64,000 nucleotides of DNA from positions 32,001 to 96,000 of the IMG/VR virus record IMGVR_UViG_3300028025_003904; one strand, 5' to 3'. Position 1 is the first letter of the stretch. The number at the start of each line of letters is the position of its first letter. The stretch is from a virus. Below the pieces are notes generated by a model. That model was not told the DNA's origin, searched no databases, and was given only the letters and a program-made list of their open reading frames with translations. Below, one piece after another: positions 17,036 to 26,209 of this stretch. The translations under genes and the position numbers were made by a program.

Positions 17036-17247
17036 TATTTTTTATCCTTCTTCTTTCTAGCTAATCTTTTTTCTTCAATTGATAAATTTACATCTACCTC
17101 AACTTTTGGTTTGTCCTCTTTCTTTGGACGTAGGGCTTTCCACTCTGATTTGGGAACGAACACCCAACCGTAATTTGCTACCTTTTGGTCAGCTTCTGAT
17201 TCTACTACTCTTCGGATTTCTCCTTCTTTACTTTTAATGCACTTCAT
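17035..17247 (-). CDS. Hypothetical basic protein
   Basis: 70-aa ORF whose stop abuts the helicase start. Confidence 0.7.
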   Translation of the reverse strand: MKCIKSKEGEIRRVVESEADQKVANYGWVFVPKSEWKALRPKKEDKPKVEVDVNLSIEEKRLARKKKDKK

Positions 17248-17271
17248 AGATTTTATCTCCGTGTTTAATTG

Positions 17272-18327
17272 TTATTTACTGTATTTACTTATTGTTCCGA
17301 AAGTTTTAACCACCCAGCTATTTACATCACCAAGTGCATCAATTACTTTCATACTCATTGCCTTTTTAATAAAAGATAGTTTATCCAATTTGGATACATT
17401 CTCTTGATATTTGGCGTTAATCTTTATTCTTGTATTAGATGATATTTCAGGATTTTCCAATTGCATTAATCTGAAATTTCTTTCTACGATTGGTTTTCCA
17501 TCTAAAATATCTTTGTAAATTTTAGGTCCTTTTCCAGCACCTCTTTCTTCACATAACTCATATAGTTTATCAAACTCTACCCTCTCCGCTTCCACCACTT
17601 CCGGAAACCTTTTAATAATTGTTTTAAGACCACACCCACTAATACCATTGATATTATCAGAGGTGTCGCCATCAAGACAGCGATATACCATAAAATTGTT
17701 GGGATGGATGCCAAACTCCTCAACAACCTTTTGCTCCGTATATAATTTCTTTTTGCTCGGTGAGTAAACTTCAACATTTGATTTAACTAATTGTAAAAAA
17801 TCTTTATCAGATGACATTACTATTGCACCATCATCTTCCGTAACCAATTGCGATGCAATATATCCAATTACATCATCTGCTTCTATACTATCAAACAACA
17901 TAATGTCAACAGGAAGATATTCAAGCAATTCTATTAAGCCAATCATTTGGCGTTTCATAGAAACACTTTCATCTTCCTTTGACATCATATCTTCATATTG
18001 ACGATTTACTCTAAAACGATTACTACCTCTATCAGCTTTGTATCCACTAAATATCTTTTTACGGCTGTCCGAACCACCTTTACCATCAAATACAATGATA
18101 CAACGAGTTGCTTTGTATTCTCTGATTGCATACCCTATACTTTTTAGGAAGCCAGTTATACCACCGATGTGGTCACCATTATCATCCATTGTGGGATTTA
18201 CCGTCCATGCTCTGATAAAAGTATTTAATCCATCTACTAATAGAACTTTTGAGTTTAAGGATTGTTCTTTTACTTTCGTATGCTCATCACTAACCTCATC
18301 TAATAACCTTTTATATAACTCGTTCAT
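17272..18327 (-). CDS. 5'-3' exonuclease/flap endonuclease (T4 RNase H-like)
   Basis: LLVDG, VFDG, YKADR, EADD, SSDKD and GDTSDNI.G..G.G motifs. Confidence 0.93.
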   Translation of the reverse strand: MNELYKRLLDEVSDEHTKVKEQSLNSKVLLVDGLNTFIRAWTVNPTMDDNGDHIGGITGFLKSIGYAIREYKATRCIIVFDGKGGSDSRKKIFSGYKADRGSNRFRVNRQYEDMMSKEDESVSMKRQMIGLIELLEYLPVDIMLFDSIEADDVIGYIASQLVTEDDGAIVMSSDKDFLQLVKSNVEVYSPSKKKLYTEQKVVEEFGIHPNNFMVYRCLDGDTSDNINGISGCGLKTIIKRFPEVVEAERVEFDKLYELCEERGAGKGPKIYKDILDGKPIVERNFRLMQLENPEISSNTRIKINAKYQENVSKLDKLSFIKKAMSMKVIDALGDVNSWVVKTFGTISKYSK

Positions 18328-18335
18328 ATGTTTGT

Positions 18336-19463
18336 TTATTCATCACTTAATACACTCGCATCTACTACCAGATTATCTGTATCTAATGAATCCTTTTTGT
18401 ATTGTAGAATAGTAAATTCACAAATTCGTTTATAGATTTGTTCTTTTACCGATGGATTATTTTCTAACATTTCTTGTAACTCTTTGGCTTGGAACTTAAA
18501 TTCTTCACCAGTTTCAGTATCAACATATGTGTACCACGCTCCACCTTGCTTAACAAAGTTATAATCTTTCATTGCTCCCAACCATGCTCCGTAGTTATCA
18601 ATACCTCTATCAAAGAAAATATCAAAATCCGCTGAACGTAATGGTGGTCCTAATCTATTCTTAATTACATTGGCTCTTACTTTGATACCAACGATTCTCT
18701 CATTACCTTTCTCATCTTTTGCTTTGATTTTACCAGTTGATGCTAATCTTAACCGAACCGAAGCATGGAAAGCAATTGCTTTACCACCTGATGTAGTCCA
18801 AGGGTCTGAAAATGCCATTGCGTTCATCTTTTGGCGTAATTGGTTTGTGAATACTAATGTAATCTTTTGTCTACCAATCACATTTGTGATTTTACGCATT
18901 GCCTTTGAAATGATGATTGCTTTATCAGTTGCGTATCCATCCTTATCGTAATCAGCTTCCAGCTCTCTCTTTGTAGATGCTGCGGCAACTGAATCAACTA
19001 CGATAGTTACTAACTTATCCTTATCACCTTTTCTTACTTGCTCAATGATTGTATCAATTGTTTCAAATATATCCTCTACGGTATCAGCCGTAATATATAA
19101 TAGTTTGGATACATCTACACCAATCGCATCAAAGAACTCTCTACTTACCGCAGTTTCGGTATCAATCAATACTGCAACACCACCTTGCTTTTGCGTTTCT
19201 GCTAACACGTGTGCCGATAATAACGATTTACCACTCTGCTCTAATCCAGTAATTTCCGTAATTCTACCAATTGGAAAACCTCCAAATGGTCTATTGGAAA
19301 CTGCAACATCCAACATAGTTGCCCCAGAGGACACCCACCCCGTTATGTTGGTGGGTGCATCCTCCGAGTCATCATCTAAAAAGAAAGCAACCTTTTGGTC
19401 TTTGTATTTCTTATTTAGATTATCGGCAATTTGTTGTGCTAAATCCGCTTGAACTTTTGCCAT
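18336..19463 (-). CDS. recA: RecA/UvsX recombinase
   Basis: GLEQSGKS, VVDSVAA, FTNQLR, GGKAIAFHASVR and KNR motifs. Confidence 0.93.
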   Translation of the reverse strand: MAKVQADLAQQIADNLNKKYKDQKVAFFLDDDSEDAPTNITGWVSSGATMLDVAVSNRPFGGFPIGRITEITGLEQSGKSLLSAHVLAETQKQGGVAVLIDTETAVSREFFDAIGVDVSKLLYITADTVEDIFETIDTIIEQVRKGDKDKLVTIVVDSVAAASTKRELEADYDKDGYATDKAIIISKAMRKITNVIGRQKITLVFTNQLRQKMNAMAFSDPWTTSGGKAIAFHASVRLRLASTGKIKAKDEKGNERIVGIKVRANVIKNRLGPPLRSADFDIFFDRGIDNYGAWLGAMKDYNFVKQGGAWYTYVDTETGEEFKFQAKELQEMLENNPSVKEQIYKRICEFTILQYKKDSLDTDNLVVDASVLSDE

Positions 19464-19481
19464 TGTAACTCCTTTTTATTT

Positions 19482-20342
19482 TTATGAATTGAATAAATCT
19501 TCAAATGCCGATGCTACATCAACCTTTGTAGAAGCAGGTTTTTCTTCTGCTACATCCCAAGGTAACTCTGTAATTGGCTCTGTCGATTTAGGTACTGAAA
19601 CAGGTTGAGGTACTACTTGCTCCTGAACCGATTGTGGTTTAGGTGCTAATGTTTCAGATGCAACCGATGGTGCAGGTGATTCTTCATCCTCATGTTGTGC
19701 AGTTGGGTTTAACCAATTTTCTAAAACACCTTTCAATTCAGCGTAAGATAACTCACTATAAATGTCAGTAATTTCTGTCTGCTCATTTAATAATTTGTTT
19801 TCTAACTCTGCGTTTTCGGTTAATTTAGTTACATTTGGTTTTACTCTGATACGAGTCTCTGGATATGTTTTACCAGCTTCTTCTACAATTTCGATTACCA
19901 CATCACGACCTTCGTTCTCATCGGTAATATCACCATAATCAGGGTCTGCAATGATTGCAAGAATCTCTTGATATACAGTTTTACCAAATCCCCAAAACTT
20001 AACTCCTTCGTTTTCTTGTCCACGAATAACCACAGGTGCGAATGTACGCAATTTCGGCTCCATCTTCTTACCTGCTTTCCAATTTTCAGTATCACCTAAT
20101 CGTTTTAACTTTTCGGCAAACTCTAAAATCGGGTCAGGTCTTCCAAAAGAAGCTGGTGATAAATAAGTTTTGTTGTTAATGTTGTAATGAAATAAAAGTT
20201 CAATAAAAGGATTTTGTTTGTTGAACTTATAAGGAACTATGCGTAATACATATTTTCCTGGTTTTGGTTTCCAAAGAGCATCTGTCTTTTTGGATGTGTT
20301 TTGCAACGAATTGAGACGCTGCTTGATTGCACTAATGTCCAT
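19482..20342 (-). CDS. Single-stranded DNA-binding protein (gp32-like)
   Basis: WKP.PG...RIVP, FWGFGK and DITD..EGRD motifs; acidic tail ending AFEDLFNS; next to recA. Confidence 0.85.
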   Translation of the reverse strand: MDISAIKQRLNSLQNTSKKTDALWKPKPGKYVLRIVPYKFNKQNPFIELLFHYNINNKTYLSPASFGRPDPILEFAEKLKRLGDTENWKAGKKMEPKLRTFAPVVIRGQENEGVKFWGFGKTVYQEILAIIADPDYGDITDENEGRDVVIEIVEEAGKTYPETRIRVKPNVTKLTENAELENKLLNEQTEITDIYSELSYAELKGVLENWLNPTAQHEDEESPAPSVASETLAPKPQSVQEQVVPQPVSVPKSTEPITELPWDVAEEKPASTKVDVASAFEDLFNS

Positions 20343-20440
20343 AATGTACGTTTTTGTTTTTAAGTTTTATTTATTTTAGATTTTAAGATTATCGCGATAA
20401 ATCTTACACGTATAAATATCGGATTCTTAAAATATTGAAA

Positions 20441-20472
20441 CAAAGATACGAATATTTTTTCGTATCTCCAAA
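20441..20472 (-). promoter_or_regulatory. Bacteroidetes sigmaA-type promoter of the SSB operon
   Basis: TTTG-N20-TATCTTTG; a late-type motif follows at 20411-20419. Confidence 0.7.
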
Positions 20473-20473
20473 A

Positions 20474-22009
20474 TTAATTGAGGATAATTTTATTTGTTTT
20501 AATTAACTCAATTAAATCTTCATGAGAATATGCAAGTGTTTCTGCATAGTTTATATCATTATCGTATTTCATAAACCAATTTGCCAATTTATTATCTAAA
20601 TCGTATTCTTCATTTTCACGTTTATATACTGATTTATCAATTATCCCATTACCAGTTGCAACTAAAAACCAACTATAATCTTCAAATTGTGTAAACATAT
20701 TATCAGTATCCATAGTATTTGGTGTTCTCCGTTTCCAACTATCTAATCTACGTTTCATTTTTGGAGATAAAGTAGTTGTTTTTTGGTAATCTTTCCAAAA
20801 ATCAGTATCATTTCTATCGGTAAAATAATGAAATTGTAAAAAATCAGTTGTTGTTTCACAAGTATCTGAAATTAATGTGTTGTAATCATACATTTCATCT
20901 TCGTGCATATTGTGAATGTGGTCAGATGATAAATTCCGTAATTGTGTTATTATTAACCAAATAGATGTTGCTTCAATTGGTTCGGTAAAAGTAGAACTTA
21001 ATCCAATTGCTATACAATTTTTAACCCAAGATGTAACATATCTTCCAGCATCGAATGGTATAACTTTATTGATTTTTATTTCCTGTCCTACCATTTCTTC
21101 AACCTCTTTCTTTGCTTCTTCTACACTAATATATTTATCATCGAATACATACCCACATCCCCATCTATTTTGTAAAGGTATTTGCCACATCCAACCATAT
21201 TTCATTGCTACTGCTTTAGTATATGGTGGTAGAGTATCTGATTTTGGTAAAAAGAATGGTATTGCTTTACTTACTTTTAATTTGTCTTTATATGATTTCC
21301 ATTCTACGCCAAAGTGTTTTCCAATAAACAAACGATTAAATCCAGTACAATCAAAAACAAAATCTGTTTTAATTTCAATATCATCACATTTAATTGAACC
21401 AATACCACCATTTTCATTAGATATAATATCAGTTATTTTACCTTCTATTCTTTTTATACCACGTTCTTCGGCTTTCATTCTTAAAAATTTAGCCAATAAA
21501 CTTGCATCAAAGTGGTAACTGTAATTTGAAACAAAACTTACTTTATCATTTTCTTTTATAAATGGAGATTTATTACCATATGCTAGTTTAGAAACCAAAT
21601 TAACATCACCAATTGTTTCTTCGTTTGCAATAGCATTTATATATGCGTATTGTTGTCCATTATCTGGCAATCCAGCTACTAATGTATTTTTTGATGGTGT
21701 AAAATTATAAGGACTTAAATTAGAATCTGAAACTTTAAAGTTGTGCATATATTTTTTACCATCACCTCTCCAATTTTCAAAACTAATACCCATTTTAAAA
21801 GTAGCATTTGTATATTGTATCAGTTCATTTTCACTAATACCCAATGCATATAATATCCAAGGTAGTTGTGGAGTAGAACCTTCACCTGCTCCCAATATAC
21901 CAATATCTTCACTTTCTACAAGTGTTATATTATCTTTTGGGCATATGAGTTGTGCATATAATGCAGTCAACCATCCAGCAGTTCCACCACCAGCTACTAC
22001 TATTTCCAT
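20474..22009 (-). CDS. Flavin-dependent tryptophan halogenase family protein
   Basis: GGGTAGW, GAGEGSTP, ATFKMGI (catalytic Lys), WMWQIP and EPIEATSI motifs. Confidence 0.9.
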   Translation of the reverse strand: MEIVVAGGGTAGWLTALYAQLICPKDNITLVESEDIGILGAGEGSTPQLPWILYALGISENELIQYTNATFKMGISFENWRGDGKKYMHNFKVSDSNLSPYNFTPSKNTLVAGLPDNGQQYAYINAIANEETIGDVNLVSKLAYGNKSPFIKENDKVSFVSNYSYHFDASLLAKFLRMKAEERGIKRIEGKITDIISNENGGIGSIKCDDIEIKTDFVFDCTGFNRLFIGKHFGVEWKSYKDKLKVSKAIPFFLPKSDTLPPYTKAVAMKYGWMWQIPLQNRWGCGYVFDDKYISVEEAKKEVEEMVGQEIKINKVIPFDAGRYVTSWVKNCIAIGLSSTFTEPIEATSIWLIITQLRNLSSDHIHNMHEDEMYDYNTLISDTCETTTDFLQFHYFTDRNDTDFWKDYQKTTTLSPKMKRRLDSWKRRTPNTMDTDNMFTQFEDYSWFLVATGNGIIDKSVYKRENEEYDLDNKLANWFMKYDNDINYAETLAYSHEDLIELIKTNKIILN

Positions 22010-22368
22010 TATTTACCCCATTTTTTGTTTTGTACAATCTGTGCAATGATGCCATATACTGAAAGGTCTTGGTATGTATCTGTTAAAGATTCACCTACAT
22101 TATCTTGTGCACCAATAATAATCATTTGCTTCAATCTATTGATTTTATCATTGATACGAAACCATAATCCAGTAAGAGATAGTTTTATATCACCATCACT
22201 TCTACATTCAGTTCCTACTGAAATGTTACCTGGTCCGTAGTTTGATTGTTTGCGGCAGAATAGTTCGTATTGTTCTACCATAATGCGTTTGTATTCTGCA
22301 GTAGTTTCTGGATAGTCTTTTTCCGCTTGAGCCACTATTTGTGGGTCTGTGTAATCGTTCTGTAACAT
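22009..22368 (-). CDS. DUF1599 / nucleotide-modification-associated domain 1 protein
   Basis: K..NYG, RINDKINRL and ESLTDTYQDLSVYGII motifs (MazG-like helical fold). Confidence 0.75.
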   Translation of the reverse strand: MLQNDYTDPQIVAQAEKDYPETTAEYKRIMVEQYELFCRKQSNYGPGNISVGTECRSDGDIKLSLTGLWFRINDKINRLKQMIIIGAQDNVGESLTDTYQDLSVYGIIAQIVQNKKWGK

Positions 22369-22382
22369 ATTTTATTTTGGTT

Positions 22383-22796
22383 TTAATTAATTTGCAATCC
22401 TTCAATCTCAATCACATCAAATACTCTCGTTGTTATTTTTCTAACTCCTTCCGCATTTGTAAGTAATATACAATTTCTATACTCTTCCCAATCTACCTCA
22501 TACTTTTCATCCAACATACCACCCGTCTTTTCCATTATTAATTGGTTTAGAGCGTTGATTGTATATAAGGTATTGGTTTGTTTTTTTCTATGTACTAAAA
22601 TAGTCTTTAATTCGCTTTCTGGATGCTGTCCTTCCACAACTACATTATAAGTTACAAACAAATCGTTAGGGACGTTTTTGTTCTGCAATACATAAATGTA
22701 GTTATATGCTAATTTATAACTTTTTTTTATAAAATCCAAATTATTCTCAATATCTTTTTTAGTTGAGAATGTACATAGTAACTGCGTCTTTATCAT
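22383..22796 (-). CDS. Conserved hypothetical phage protein
   Basis: 137 aa; QLLCTF and HRKKQTNTLYTINALN motifs. Confidence 0.75.
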   Translation of the reverse strand: MIKTQLLCTFSTKKDIENNLDFIKKSYKLAYNYIYVLQNKNVPNDLFVTYNVVVEGQHPESELKTILVHRKKQTNTLYTINALNQLIMEKTGGMLDEKYEVDWEEYRNCILLTNAEGVRKITTRVFDVIEIEGLQIN

Positions 22797-22836
22797 ATCT
22801 TAATTTTATACTCCCTATAAGTATAATAAAAACAGA

Positions 22837-24492
22837 TTATTGTTTAAGAAATGTATTTAATTCAGTTTCTTTTGGTATTGTCTTTCCAATTGGTTCTAAA
22901 TTATCTATACCATCATAATGTTTGTTTGAACCAACCGCACGAGTTCTACTATTTAAACCCAATACATTTTTACTCAAATCAATACATCTTTCTCTGTAAT
23001 CTTTTATTTGTTGATTATTTTCATTTGCAGTTTGTATTGCAACATTTGCATCTTGTTTTCTAATAACACCAATTTTAGGAACTGGATTACCCTCTGTGTA
23101 ATGTATAGCAGCAGTATCTCCCGTTGCAGTTATTTCTATATTACTTCTTAATACACTATCACCAATTACATATGCCATCGTATTGTGTAAATCATATAAT
23201 GTATATTTCCCACCAGCTTTACGAACATCATTTAGTAATGTAGATTTAATAAATTCTTTTGTATTTGATAATTCATCTTTATCTACTATTTGATTTGGGT
23301 TTCCTTTTGATGGTTTTTGTAAATTAGTAAAAAATTTATCATTTGCTGGATTATCAAGTAAATCATTTATTTCTTTTTCAGTCAATGTTTGATTTCTTAA
23401 AAATGTACTTTGTGATTTAAAATATAACTTACCATTATCAGCTTTTACAATATCAGTTTCTTTTGTATTTGGATATTTTTCTTTGGTATATTCAGTTAGT
23501 TTTTGTTTTTTACCATTTATTCGAACTTCCTCACAAGTGTATTTATTAAAAAACGCACTTTTAACATCAATGATAGAACCAATTACATTTGTTGATTTTA
23601 GTTTTACGGCTTTGCCATTAACTTTTGTTTCATATTCATCATCACCATTATGTGATAATTTATCCAAATCTGCTTTACAATTCGCACCACGTTTATTTAC
23701 CCCACCATCACCTTTGGTTGTTTTTACGGATACATAACCTATAAATAATTCACCCTTTTCACCATTTGGTTTTACAAATGCAATATCATTTTTTCTTTCC
23801 GAGTCTGTAAGTAGATATGCTTCTACACCGGCATCCAAAGATTGTTTTAATGTTTGCAATTCACCAACTTCTCCTAACCATTTTTGTATAACATTTACAC
23901 CCGAATTAAATGTTTTTATTGCTAATTTTGTTTTATCATCAAACTTTTTTATTCTCTCATCTAACAATTTAGATGCTTGTTTTCTACCACTATCGGTTGA
24001 TACATCTATAATATTTCCACTTTCATCTACTAATTGTCTAACTAATGTTCCATTTGGTAATTCTTTATATTCGGGAGATGTTAATCCCTGCGTTGTTTCT
24101 GATTTTTGTGAAAATATAACCTTTAAATCATCAATTTGTGTTGTAGATAATTTTTCATCAGGAGTTTTTGCTTTACTAACATCATCTCTTTTTGCCTTTT
24201 TAATAGCAGCTGCGGATGGTTTTTTATATTTTCCAGGATTAGATTTGGCAGTATCTTTACTTACATCATATACATTTCCTGTTTTTACATTTTGGACCGT
24301 AACATCATTTGCTTCACACATTGCTTCAATACAAATATCTTTATATGGTGATAGCTTTGTATCACTAATAATTTCACCCAATATAAAAATATGAGATGGG
24401 TTTTTAAAATCAACTATACCAACTCTGTAAGTTAATTCTTCTAATATAATATCATATATTTCTTCTAAATTATCTAAAATCATAATTTTCAC
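22837..24492 (-). CDS. Hypothetical protein with possible PD-(D/E)XK nuclease-like core
   Basis: 551 aa; GEVGE...RKNDIAF...YVSVKTT spacing resembles PD-(D/E)XK motifs I-III. Confidence 0.6.
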   Translation of the reverse strand: MKIMILDNLEEIYDIILEELTYRVGIVDFKNPSHIFILGEIISDTKLSPYKDICIEAMCEANDVTVQNVKTGNVYDVSKDTAKSNPGKYKKPSAAAIKKAKRDDVSKAKTPDEKLSTTQIDDLKVIFSQKSETTQGLTSPEYKELPNGTLVRQLVDESGNIIDVSTDSGRKQASKLLDERIKKFDDKTKLAIKTFNSGVNVIQKWLGEVGELQTLKQSLDAGVEAYLLTDSERKNDIAFVKPNGEKGELFIGYVSVKTTKGDGGVNKRGANCKADLDKLSHNGDDEYETKVNGKAVKLKSTNVIGSIIDVKSAFFNKYTCEEVRINGKKQKLTEYTKEKYPNTKETDIVKADNGKLYFKSQSTFLRNQTLTEKEINDLLDNPANDKFFTNLQKPSKGNPNQIVDKDELSNTKEFIKSTLLNDVRKAGGKYTLYDLHNTMAYVIGDSVLRSNIEITATGDTAAIHYTEGNPVPKIGVIRKQDANVAIQTANENNQQIKDYRERCIDLSKNVLGLNSRTRAVGSNKHYDGIDNLEPIGKTIPKETELNTFLKQ

Positions 24493-25813
24493 CTGTTACT
24501 ATTGTTGCTGGAAACTCTTTTGAATCTATTATTTTTTCGTATATTTCTTCATATAAATATGTAATTTCGTAATTAGGAACATCAAATACAAATGCATCAT
24601 AGTTATACATTATCAGTTTTCCCAATCCTTTATACTTTTCTTTTATTTGTTTTAGGATTTGAATGTTTCGTTCTGTTTCGTATGCTTGAATTACATAGTT
24701 TAATACTTTTGCTGGTGGTGGATTATCTTCACCAAACTTTTCCTTTTTGATTTGTATATTATAGTGTGGTGTCATCACAAACCCATGTCTATCCAAATCT
24801 GCTTTGTATTTTAATGCTAATAAATTTACCTCATTAAAGAATGGCAACTCTTGCATTTCAGAACTTACCCCACCATATATAGATTGGAATACTAATTGTT
24901 TTGCCGCATCTCTTGCTCCATCCAAATCAGCTACACCACATATAGCAGCAATCCAATCGTAAAAATCTAATTGACTATTGAATTTACTCATCCATTCTTT
25001 AACTCCAATTTGATTTTTAATTAAATCAATAAGTAAATGTGGGTGATATGCTGAATAATCTATACTCACTAACTTACCATCTTTGAATCTACTAACGAAT
25101 GCCTTGCGTACATCACTCTTTTTTGGGATGGCTGAATAGTTTACACCGCCATGCCTATTTGAAGGCCGTAGAGTGGAAGTAAATAGGTTATATTCGGTAA
25201 ATACTAACCCATCCTTATTGATATGTTTTTGTGGTAGTAAATCCCTTAATTTTTCATCTACAAATATACCTGATTTTTCTATCCATTGGAATACTTCGGT
25301 TGCATCTTTTACAAAATTAAATACAGATTCACCAACTCCATCTTCTAATTCATATTGTAATATGTTCTTTATTATACCAACTTGCTTTGATAATGGAATA
25401 CTATCGTTTAAGTTGTTTTGATATTGTTGTGGTGTACTTCGTTTGTAGAATGATTGTATTTCTCTGAATGGTTCTTCTTCGTTTGGTCCGCTTGTAATGA
25501 ATCTGTATAAATCAATATCAACCGATTGTTTTAATTCGATTAAATGTTGCACACTCTTACCATTTATGAGTGCTTTACTTCGTGGTGATTCTTCTAATAA
25601 CTTTAACGCATCTTCTCTTAAACTTAAACCATCGGTGTGGTTTATATTGATTACATAAAGTTTTTTCATAGAACTAACCACAATGAATGATATGCGATTG
25701 TTTAGAGCATGCTTATCCACATCCGAAAGTTGAATGTAAATTCTACTTGGACGAGTATTAAACTCCAATAAGAAATCATTAAACGATTGAGAATCCTCTA
25801 TGTATATAACCAT
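24470..25813 (-). CDS. polA: Compact family A DNA polymerase
   Basis: TSTLRPS, DYSAYH (motif A), RDAAKQLVFQSIYG (motif B), NYVIQ and YNYDAFVFD (motif C); promoter at 25818-25849. Confidence 0.8.
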   Translation of the reverse strand: MVIYIEDSQSFNDFLLEFNTRPSRIYIQLSDVDKHALNNRISFIVVSSMKKLYVININHTDGLSLREDALKLLEESPRSKALINGKSVQHLIELKQSVDIDLYRFITSGPNEEEPFREIQSFYKRSTPQQYQNNLNDSIPLSKQVGIIKNILQYELEDGVGESVFNFVKDATEVFQWIEKSGIFVDEKLRDLLPQKHINKDGLVFTEYNLFTSTLRPSNRHGGVNYSAIPKKSDVRKAFVSRFKDGKLVSIDYSAYHPHLLIDLIKNQIGVKEWMSKFNSQLDFYDWIAAICGVADLDGARDAAKQLVFQSIYGGVSSEMQELPFFNEVNLLALKYKADLDRHGFVMTPHYNIQIKKEKFGEDNPPPAKVLNYVIQAYETERNIQILKQIKEKYKGLGKLIMYNYDAFVFDVPNYEITYLYEEIYEKIIDSKEFPATIVTGENYDFR

Positions 25814-25849
25814 CTTACAAATATAACAAAAAGATTTGGTATATCCAAA

Positions 25850-26209
25850 TTATCCTCTATAAAATTTTGTAAGGTTTTTCACATAAGTATCTATGTTACC
25901 CATAGTTTCTTGTGCGTAGTTTATGGAACGTTGATTTAGTTGTTCTACCTCAAACTTATTGCCACCTGCTATTTTCCATCTCAAAGTACAAGTCAAATAA
26001 TTATCCATATACTTATATGAATCATAATTACTTTTATCAACTTCGTATATTATACCAGTTACATCATTTCGTTTTCTTACAAAATAGCGTAAGATATAAC
26101 CCGCCATATAATCTCTTTCGTTTGGAGACGGTTCGGAGGTTGTTATTCTTTTTTCAATTGTTTTTGAACCAATTTTTAACCCCAAATATGTAGATACATT
26201 ATTATCCAT
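25850..26209 (-). CDS. Hypothetical protein at the end of the baseplate operon
   Basis: 119 aa; DY..GYILRYFVRK motif; coupled to the upstream gene. Confidence 0.7.
   Translation of the reverse strand: MDNNVSTYLGLKIGSKTIEKRITTSEPSPNERDYMAGYILRYFVRKRNDVTGIIYEVDKSNYDSYKYMDNYLTCTLRWKIAGGNKFEVEQLNQRSINYAQETMGNIDTYVKNLTKFYRG

Noticed and set aside
12754-19463. Inteins or introns in nrdA, nrdB, helicase or recA
   Set aside because: Proteins are normal length with contiguous motifs.
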